DNA from: a bacterium
Lineage (GTDB): Bacteria; JAMCPX01
Length of the DNA: 64,000 nt
NCBI GenBank assembly: GCA_021787665.1
Contig: JAJYLN010000011.1
Span: forward strand, 2,197 to 66,196
Direction of reading: 5' to 3'
The notes under the pieces were generated by a model. That model saw only the letters and a program-made list of their open reading frames with translations, had not been told where the DNA came from and searched no databases. The translations under genes were made by a program, and so were the position numbers. Position 1 is the first letter of the stretch. Every line of letters starts with the position of its first letter. This document shows positions 9,882 to 17,392 of the stretch, piece after piece.

Positions 9882-11399
9882 TTACAGGTAGTAAGCGAGG
9901 CCGACCCCGATATACACGCCGCCGAGGTTCAAGGGAGCGCCGAGCTTGCTCGCATCGTTGACCTCGCCCCATGAAACCCTCAGGAGTCCGCTCAGGGAGA
10001 GGTTCGAGGTAAACAGATAGTTGACGCCGAACTGTGCCGCCACATCGTAGGTCAGGAAGCCCACGTTCTTTTCGGAAGGGCTTATCCCGGCATAGGTTAT
10101 GTTCCTCGTCCCATAGTAAACGCCCACTCCCGGACCGAAGTGGATATCGAACTTATGGATGAGGATATGGTACTCAGGCGTGATGAGTGCGGACAGCACC
10201 ATCATCTTGTACGTACCGCTCAGCCCGCCGGCCACGAAGTCAGATTCGGCGAAGCCAAGGCCCCCGGAGGCGTCCACGCCGAACGCGTGGGAGAACTTCC
10301 TGGTATAATCTATGAATCCGCCATAGGGGTTGAGGGACATACGGCTTATCCTGTACGCCGACGCCAGAGCGGTAAGGTACGTGCTGTTGAACAGGAACTG
10401 ATAGGCGGGCATTATGCCGATGTACTGGTTGCTCTCTTCGAGCGCGAGTGCCGGGGGCGAGCCAACCTGATAGACGACATAATGGCTGGGCCATCCGACA
10501 TTCCCCGCCCTGTCGACTGCCGTGATCGTTATCTCGTTTACAGCCTCGGTCTTCAGCGGTATCTTCCCATCGAAGGTCCCCCTGGCTCCGGTCTTTTGCA
10601 CGATCTCGCCGAAATTCCCCCTGAAATTGACCTTGGCGGCGCGGCTGGTAGAGCCAGTAATAGACTGCAGGCTGTACCCGGTTACGGAGAAATTCCTGTA
10701 GGTATGCGGCCGTGCGGGCAGTGTCGAGTCCTGGAACACATTGGCGACTGCTGGATCGAGGGTCGTATTGAGTGCGTAAACCCTGAGCTGATTCAGCTTG
10801 TTGGGAGACAAGGGGATGCTGGTCTCGAAGCTGCCGGTCTGAGGATTGGCGATCGTCCATACGTCGGCCTCTGCTCCGTTTATCCATATGATACTCCCGG
10901 GGATGGAATAGCCGGACACGGACTCGACAGGCTTGTTCGTATACTCGTCCAGGGGATTGAGGACCACGTGCCCTATCACGCCTCTCAGGGAGAGGAGCTT
11001 CTCATACTTCCACTCCTGACTGGTCATCGACTTCGTCTTTGCCCGGGCAAACTTCATGGTGAATTTGTGTTTTTCTTTTGCGAACTTCGCATTCTGCTCA
11101 GCCAGATCTTTTGCCTCCGCGGAGAGCTGGGCCGAGAGCTTGAAGAGCACGTTTGCTTCGTTCACCTTGTTCTCCTGCAGCTTTTTCTCGCCGTTCACCA
11201 GGAGCTTGTGTGCATCGGCTATCTCTGAGCTCGCATAGTGCTTGGCGTCCGCTGACAACGCCTGCTTGTACGACTCCCGTGCTATCGAAAGCAGAGGGTT
11301 GTGCCCGGTTTTTGTGGTGAACCAGCCGCACGACGACACGGACAGCAGCGCTCCGAGGACCGCAGCGGCGCATACCGTATGAGTATATCTTCTGTTCAT
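9882..11399 (-). CDS. Predicted lipoprotein: DUF4398-like helical domain, two Ig-like domains, C-terminal outer-membrane beta-barrel
   Basis: Lipobox LSVSS-C; A..ADAKHYASSEIADA (DUF4398-like); ITAVDRAGN Ig motif; C-terminal amphipathic strands ending GVYIGVGLAYYL. Confidence 0.65.
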   Translation of the reverse strand: MNRRYTHTVCAAAVLGALLSVSSCGWFTTKTGHNPLLSIARESYKQALSADAKHYASSEIADAHKLLVNGEKKLQENKVNEANVLFKLSAQLSAEAKDLAEQNAKFAKEKHKFTMKFARAKTKSMTSQEWKYEKLLSLRGVIGHVVLNPLDEYTNKPVESVSGYSIPGSIIWINGAEADVWTIANPQTGSFETSIPLSPNKLNQLRVYALNTTLDPAVANVFQDSTLPARPHTYRNFSVTGYSLQSITGSTSRAAKVNFRGNFGEIVQKTGARGTFDGKIPLKTEAVNEITITAVDRAGNVGWPSHYVVYQVGSPPALALEESNQYIGIMPAYQFLFNSTYLTALASAYRISRMSLNPYGGFIDYTRKFSHAFGVDASGGLGFAESDFVAGGLSGTYKMMVLSALITPEYHILIHKFDIHFGPGVGVYYGTRNITYAGISPSEKNVGFLTYDVAAQFGVNYLFTSNLSLSGLLRVSWGEVNDASKLGAPLNLGGVYIGVGLAYYL

Positions 11400-11441
11400 C
11401 GTCCGTTTCTTACTATAAAAGGCAGGGGGAGATCAAGTCGT

Positions 11442-12749
11442 TTATGCCTGCCGGCCCTCGCGGAACACCTGCTGGTAGATGTAATCCACGTACCGAAAGT
11501 GGCTTTTTATGCCGAGCAGGTGCCTGAGCTCTGCTTTCGTTATGAGCGAAGCCACCCGTTTGTCTGCCGTAAGCACGTCCGCGAAGTCACGGCCCTTGTC
11601 AAAGGCGGCGAAAGCTGCCTTCTGTACGACGGCGTACGCGTCTTCCCGTGCCATGCCCCTGTCGATCAGGGAGAGTAAGATCTTTTCCGAGTCGTAGAGT
11701 CCCTTGGTAATGTCGAGGTTCGCCTTGAGCCTGTCCTCATGCACAACGAGCTTGTCTATCAGCCATACCGCCCTGTCGAGCATAAAATCGACGAGGATCG
11801 TCGCGTCCGGCGCAATGATCCTTTCCACCGAGGAATGACTTATGTCCCTCTCGTGCCATAGGGGGATGTTCTCGAGCGCCGACACGAGGTACGACCGTAC
11901 GACCCTCGAAAGGCCGGTGAGGTTTTCCGAGAGGATCGGATTACGCTTGTGCGGCATTGCCGACGAGCCTTTTTGTCCCTCGGTGAAGTACTCCTCTGCT
12001 TCTCTCACCTCGGTACGCTGCAGGTGCCGTATCTCGAGTGCAATTCTCTCGATGCCTGCCGCGAGAATCGCGAGGGCCGAGAAATACTCCGCATGCCTGT
12101 CCCGTGCGATGACCTGCGTCGAGAAGGGCTCAACGTTCAGACCGAGCTTTTTGCACACGTGCTGTTCTATGGCGGGGTCTATGTTGCCGTAGGTGCCGAC
12201 GGCTCCCTTGATCTTGCCGTACCGCACGCCCTCGATGGCCCGCCCGATCCTGTCCCTGTTTCTGCGCATCTCCTCGTACCACGACACGAACTTCAGGCCG
12301 AACACGATGGGTTCGGCATGGATCCCGTGTGTCCGCCCTATCATCGGCAGTGATCGGTACTTGAAGGCCTTCTCCCGGAGGACCTTCAGGAGCCTTTCCA
12401 TGTCGTCGAGTATGAGCCTGCCCGCCCGCACGAGCTGGACGGCAAAGGCGGTGTCGAGCACATCGGACGAGGTAAGCCCCATATGGATGAACCGTGCATC
12501 CGGTCCGACCTTTTCCCTTACAGCGGTCAGGAGCGCTATGACGTCGTGCTTCACCACGAGCTCTATTTCGTCGACACGCGCCGCGTCGAAATCGGCCTTC
12601 GCCCGTATCCGCTCGAGCGCGGCCCGCGGTATCTTCCCTGCCTTTGCGTACGCCTCGCACGCAGCAAGCTCAATAGCGAGCCATATCCTGTACTTGGTCT
12701 CGTTGGTCCAGATGGCCGTGCACTCTTTTCTGCTGTACCTTTCTATCAT
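11442..12749 (-). CDS. purB: Adenylosuccinate lyase
   Basis: MIERYSR start, GRTHGIHAEP, GSSAMPHKRNP and WHERDISHSSVER. Confidence 0.97.
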   Translation of the reverse strand: MIERYSRKECTAIWTNETKYRIWLAIELAACEAYAKAGKIPRAALERIRAKADFDAARVDEIELVVKHDVIALLTAVREKVGPDARFIHMGLTSSDVLDTAFAVQLVRAGRLILDDMERLLKVLREKAFKYRSLPMIGRTHGIHAEPIVFGLKFVSWYEEMRRNRDRIGRAIEGVRYGKIKGAVGTYGNIDPAIEQHVCKKLGLNVEPFSTQVIARDRHAEYFSALAILAAGIERIALEIRHLQRTEVREAEEYFTEGQKGSSAMPHKRNPILSENLTGLSRVVRSYLVSALENIPLWHERDISHSSVERIIAPDATILVDFMLDRAVWLIDKLVVHEDRLKANLDITKGLYDSEKILLSLIDRGMAREDAYAVVQKAAFAAFDKGRDFADVLTADKRVASLITKAELRHLLGIKSHFRYVDYIYQQVFREGRQA

Positions 12750-12882
12750 ACCCGTGGTTCTCCCGTGTGTTTTCGGTCTACGTTTTTCAGATATACTATA
12801 GCCGATGGAAAATAGCTACAAAAGCGGGGCGGAAACATTGTCTCCCGTACCGTTCCTGTTGCAATTATTTCATCGTTAGGGT

Positions 12883-14355
12883 ATGAGCCCTGATATGACC
12901 AGGGACGAACTGATAAAGTACATGGCCGACCACAAGGACAAGGGGACCGAGCTCTCGAACGTGAAGCTGGTAGGAGAAAACCTCAGGGGACTGAATTTGT
13001 CGGGTATAAAGATGAGGAACTCCGATCTTTCCCAGGTAGACCTCTCCGAGTCGATCCTCGACCATGCCGACCTCTCGTTCTGTCTGTTGAAAGATGCGCG
13101 GCTGATAAAGTCCTCGTTCAAGGGCACGAACCTGCAGGGCGCAAATGCCACGAAGGCAGACGCACGGAACGCCGATTTCTCCGGCGCTACCCTGCAGGAG
13201 GCAAACCTGTCCTCTGCAACCATCGAGGGCGCTGATTTCACGGCCTGCCAGATGACCGGGGCGGTGCTTACCGGGGTGAACGGCAAAGAGGCAACCCTGA
13301 ACGGGGTGCGGGCTCCGGGCATAAAGTTGAACAAGGCGCTGCTCTACCGGGCGAGCTTTGTGAACGCGAACCTCGAATCGTCGGACCTTTCCGAGGCAGA
13401 CATACGCGGTGCGGACTTCTCCAACGCGACCCTTAGGGGTTCCACCATACAAAAAGCGATGCTTACGGGCGTGTCCCTCAGAAAGGTATTCATGCCCTCG
13501 AGCGACCTGAAAGGCGTCAATCTGTCCGGACTCGATCTGTCCGAGGCTGTCATCACTTCTGCAAAAATGAGCAGCATCAATCTCACGGACACGAACCTGA
13601 GAGGGGCCAACCTCGAGGGCTCTCAGCTCGACAATGCACAGCTCTCCGGGGCGATCCTCGACTACGCGAAGCTTGACAGCGCGGTCATGACCGGCGCTCT
13701 GCTCGAGCGATCGAGTATGTTGCACGCGTCCTGCGTCAATACGAATTTCTCGATGGCGAATATGAAAGGCGTGATTCTGAGCGATGCAATAGTTTCGAAG
13801 GCATCATTGAAAGAGGCAAACCTGTCCGGCGCTATCATGAACAACGCAGTGCTCGCTCACAGCGACCTGAGCGGTGCCAACCTCAGCGGTGCGGACCTCA
13901 GGGAGACCGATATGAGCGGCACGAACCTGCACAATGCGGTACTTACCCAGGCGCTCGTGACGAGGCGGACATCCGTGTCCGTCTGCCCGTGGTGCGGGCA
14001 CCAGCAGGACACGAAAGAGCGGTGCGAAAAATGCGACAAGCCGATGAAGCTCGGCGAGCCCGTCATCAAACCCATGCCTCTGCTCGTCCTGCTTCCCATA
14101 ACAGGGCTGTTAGGGGGGCCGGCTATCTTCATCCTGAGCGGGCTCTATATCCTGAACGTCCGGTTCCTGCCGGCACAGGCCTTTCTCATGGTGTTTCAGG
14201 CAGGTATCCTGCTGACGGCGCTGAGCCTCATGGCTTCGACAGGGATACTCGTCTATCTGAGGCGCAAACCAATGATCGAGAGCGGAGGATACCTGAGGGG
14301 GGCCATTGCCATCGGTATCGTAAACCTCCTGGCGTACGTTGCGCTCCTATGGTAG
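12883..14355 (+). CDS. Pentapeptide-repeat protein with C-terminal Zn ribbon and about 3 TM helices
   Basis: About 340 aa of A(D/N)LxG-type pentapeptides, then CPWC-x8-CEKC, then three hydrophobic segments. Confidence 0.85.
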   Translation: MSPDMTRDELIKYMADHKDKGTELSNVKLVGENLRGLNLSGIKMRNSDLSQVDLSESILDHADLSFCLLKDARLIKSSFKGTNLQGANATKADARNADFSGATLQEANLSSATIEGADFTACQMTGAVLTGVNGKEATLNGVRAPGIKLNKALLYRASFVNANLESSDLSEADIRGADFSNATLRGSTIQKAMLTGVSLRKVFMPSSDLKGVNLSGLDLSEAVITSAKMSSINLTDTNLRGANLEGSQLDNAQLSGAILDYAKLDSAVMTGALLERSSMLHASCVNTNFSMANMKGVILSDAIVSKASLKEANLSGAIMNNAVLAHSDLSGANLSGADLRETDMSGTNLHNAVLTQALVTRRTSVSVCPWCGHQQDTKERCEKCDKPMKLGEPVIKPMPLLVLLPITGLLGGPAIFILSGLYILNVRFLPAQAFLMVFQAGILLTALSLMASTGILVYLRRKPMIESGGYLRGAIAIGIVNLLAYVALLW

Positions 14356-14364
14356 CGTAAGGCG

Positions 14365-15861
14365 ATGCCCCTCCTCGTCCTCAGCTCAAAGGACAACCAG
14401 TCCGAAGAAGTCTACCAGATAGACAAGGACGTGGTAGGCGTCGGCAGACTGCCTTCCAACGACATCGTTTTGCTGGAATCGAGTGTGTCCAGAAACCATT
14501 TCGTCATAAAGAAAGAGACGGACGGCTATTACATCAGCGACAACGGGAGCTCGAACGGCACGTTGGTCAATGAAAAAAAGGTCTCCGGGAAGCGCAGACT
14601 GGAGAACAGGGACAGCATCAAGGCAGGGAGTGTGGTGTTGACCTATAAAGATGACGAGCTGCTTGCCGCACAGGAATCCTTGCTGTCGGGTCCCGGTGGC
14701 AGAGAGACTTCGGTTTCTGCATTGAACCGTGTGTATCTCAACAGCATATTCGCCGTTGCCAGAGAAGGCATATACACGCACGATCAGAAGCAGTTCTACA
14801 ATCATACGATAAAGCTGATCTGCAATGCCCTGAAGGCCGACTATGGTGCGATACTCGTCATCGACGAGGCCACGGGCGAACTGTCGACCGGGGCAGAGAG
14901 CAGCGTCAGAGATCCGGGCACCACCAGTATAAGTTCGGCGGTACTCAACAGGGCCGTAAAGAACAGGGCGGGCATCCTCGTGAAGAACGCGGGGATGGAT
15001 TACCGTTTTACGGGCGACCGTACAATCCAGAACATGGGGATAACCTCCGCGCTGTGTGCTCCGGCGTGGGAAAAAGACCATACCTACGGCGCGGTCTATG
15101 TGGACCGCAAGACGGGCAACCAGCAGTTCACCGAGGAAAATCTCAATTTCATTACGATCATCGCTAACCTTCTCGCCCTCACGATGGCCCATGAAAAGCT
15201 TGTCCAGGCGATAGCCGACGAGAGGAACCTCACGGACCAGATCAAGAGGTTCGTGCCGATAGAGGCCGTGGCCGGGTATCTTGACATGATACAGAACAAC
15301 CCCTCGTCCCTCTGGAACGTACAGGAGGTGGCGAGGAGCACGATCCTGTTCGGCGACATCGTGGGCTTTACCTCCCTTACGGAGAAAAACAGGCCGGCAG
15401 AGATTGCAAGGAAGCTGCGTCTCTTTTTCGAGAAGGCCACCGACATCGTCCTGACGAATGGCGGCTCGGTGAACAAGTTCCTTGGTGATGGCCTCATGGC
15501 CGTGTTCGGTACGCCGGTTTCGCACGACGACGACCCGGACAGGGCCATAAGCTCAGCCGTATCTCTCGTACGATGGGTAAAAGACAATAGGGACGGGATC
15601 AACATCGCGCTCCGGATCGGTATAGACACCGGACCGGTCCTCGGTATCATGGTCGGCTCCTCCCACAGGCTCGAGTACACGGTCATCGGAGACTGTGTCA
15701 ATGTGGCGTCGAGGCTTCAGGCAATTGCGGAGGTAAACCATATAGCGATCTCGCGCGAGACGAACAGCTTTATCAAGAAGCCGGTCGATACAAAGTTGAT
15801 CGGCGAGATAATGGTCAAGGGCAAAGCAAACCCGGTGACGGTATATCAGGTGAGCTGCTGA
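14365..15861 (+). CDS. FHA-GAF-class III adenylate cyclase
   Basis: FHA motifs GR..SNDI, VSRNH, D.GSSNGT; a central GAF region; cyclase motifs GDIVGFT, KFLGDGLMAVFG and EYTVIGDCVNVASRL. Confidence 0.9.
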   Translation: MPLLVLSSKDNQSEEVYQIDKDVVGVGRLPSNDIVLLESSVSRNHFVIKKETDGYYISDNGSSNGTLVNEKKVSGKRRLENRDSIKAGSVVLTYKDDELLAAQESLLSGPGGRETSVSALNRVYLNSIFAVAREGIYTHDQKQFYNHTIKLICNALKADYGAILVIDEATGELSTGAESSVRDPGTTSISSAVLNRAVKNRAGILVKNAGMDYRFTGDRTIQNMGITSALCAPAWEKDHTYGAVYVDRKTGNQQFTEENLNFITIIANLLALTMAHEKLVQAIADERNLTDQIKRFVPIEAVAGYLDMIQNNPSSLWNVQEVARSTILFGDIVGFTSLTEKNRPAEIARKLRLFFEKATDIVLTNGGSVNKFLGDGLMAVFGTPVSHDDDPDRAISSAVSLVRWVKDNRDGINIALRIGIDTGPVLGIMVGSSHRLEYTVIGDCVNVASRLQAIAEVNHIAISRETNSFIKKPVDTKLIGEIMVKGKANPVTVYQVSC

Positions 15862-15890
15862 AGGGACTGGGGAGACCCGGCCGGCTTCCG

Positions 15891-16268
15891 TCACTTCATA
15901 TTCAGGTAGGACTTTACCAACTCCATGACCTGGGGGGCGGATATCGGTTTCGTTATGTATGCGTTTGCGCCGAGCGCCATGGCTCTCTCCTTGTCTTCCT
16001 GTCCGCCCTCCGTGGTAACGATGAATATCGGCACCTCCTTATACACGGCGTCCTTGCGGATCAGGCTGACGAGCTTCAGGCCGTCCATGACGGGCATGTT
16101 GATGTCCGTGATGATCAGACTGAACGAATCCTGAGAGAGCTTCTTGAGGCCCTCGACGCCGTCGCTCGCCTCGACGATCCTGACGCCCTTGAGTCTCTTC
16201 AGAGAGAACGCTATGAGCTGTCGCATCGTTGGTGAATCTTCCACGATCAAAATCTTGTATTCATTCAT
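15891..16268 (-). CDS. Single-domain CheY-like response regulator
   Basis: ILIVEDS, ITDINMPVMDG, VTTE and YITKP motifs. Confidence 0.92.
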   Translation of the reverse strand: MNEYKILIVEDSPTMRQLIAFSLKRLKGVRIVEASDGVEGLKKLSQDSFSLIITDINMPVMDGLKLVSLIRKDAVYKEVPIFIVTTEGGQEDKERAMALGANAYITKPISAPQVMELVKSYLNMK

Positions 16269-16284
16269 ACCAGCTCCGATCGGC

Positions 16285-17121
16285 CTACTTCGTCAGCAAG
16301 TCAATGAAACCCTGTATCGTGGACAGCTTTCTCTCAGACTCCGAGTAGAGCTTGGAGCTGAAGATAGATGTTGCGGCGTGCCCAGCAAGGAGGGTGAACA
16401 GCTCATGGTCCAGCGGGGTAAAGCTCTGCTTCTGCTGGAGCAGCTTGTATACCACGATAACGCCTATCACATGCTCTTTTATCTTAATGGGGATTGCCAC
16501 GAGCGGGTTGAGCCAGTCGGCCTTTACCGTGTCCAGCGCTCCTTCCGTAAAGTAGGGCTCTCCGCTCTTCGCGACCGCCCCGATGACGCCGGTGCCTAAC
16601 ATGACCGTAGGTACCTGGTGCTCATCGATGCCCTCGGACGCCATAATCCTGAGCTCGTGCGTCTTTTCGTCGAGCAGAAATATGCCGAATTCCTCTGCAC
16701 CGATGAGGTTGATGATGATCTCGAGAATGATCTGGAGGACCTCCTTGAAATCGAGCGTCGAGTGTAACTGATAGCTCGCTATGTAGAGGTTGGCGAGATT
16801 GTTGTTCTCTTCCTCAACCTCGACATAGCGCTGTGCGAAATCCTTGTTCTCGGACTCGATCTCTTTGGCGCGGCTGGCTATCTCGTTCTTCTCCTTTTTC
16901 AGAGCCTCTATCTGCATCGCCAGCTCTTTGTACTGCTCAGAGGGTATACCCGCGGCTGTCCGTGCACCCTTGTTCTCCTCCTCGAGTTGCAGGACCCTGT
17001 ACCGCAACTGCTCGTTTGTCTTCAGGAGTTCCTGAGTGAATTCGGCGCCCTTCTTGAAGACCTGCAGAAATTCCTCAGCCCTTTCAAAAAGGTTCCTATC
17101 CCTTTCTTCTTTCTTGTCCAT
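16285..17121 (-). CDS. Coiled-coil plus GAF domain protein
   Basis: N-terminal heptad region, then LYIASYQLHSTLDFKEVL...GVIGAVA..GEP GAF region. Start MDKKEER is preceded by GAGG. Confidence 0.8.
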   Translation of the reverse strand: MDKKEERDRNLFERAEEFLQVFKKGAEFTQELLKTNEQLRYRVLQLEEENKGARTAAGIPSEQYKELAMQIEALKKEKNEIASRAKEIESENKDFAQRYVEVEEENNNLANLYIASYQLHSTLDFKEVLQIILEIIINLIGAEEFGIFLLDEKTHELRIMASEGIDEHQVPTVMLGTGVIGAVAKSGEPYFTEGALDTVKADWLNPLVAIPIKIKEHVIGVIVVYKLLQQKQSFTPLDHELFTLLAGHAATSIFSSKLYSESERKLSTIQGFIDLLTK

Positions 17122-17135
17122 CGTAGCACCTCTGA

Positions 17136-17177
17136 TGTCATGACAAATATGCCATACGCCTTTGATTGTCAAGACAA
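17136..17177 (-). promoter_or_regulatory. Paired TGTCA(T/A)GACA palindromes overlapping a TTGACA -35 box upstream of the GAF/CheY genes
   Basis: TGTCATGACA at 17136-17145 and TTGTCAAGACAA at 17166-17177, 31 bp apart. Confidence 0.45.
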
Positions 17178-17392
17178 GGACCTCGTTTACTGCGCCGGCA
17201 ACGAAAGCATCCGGGGGTCCGGAGTACGCGTGGTGCAATGATCCGCTGCGGCTGTGTCGTTACGGTTGCCCGAGACAAAAGGCCGTATGCAACTATGGAA
17301 CATATAATGCTTTTCCCTTCTTTTACCACGCTATCCATTGACTTGACAGCCCCGCTACACATATTCAGTATTATGCCTTATGAGGAGCCAGT

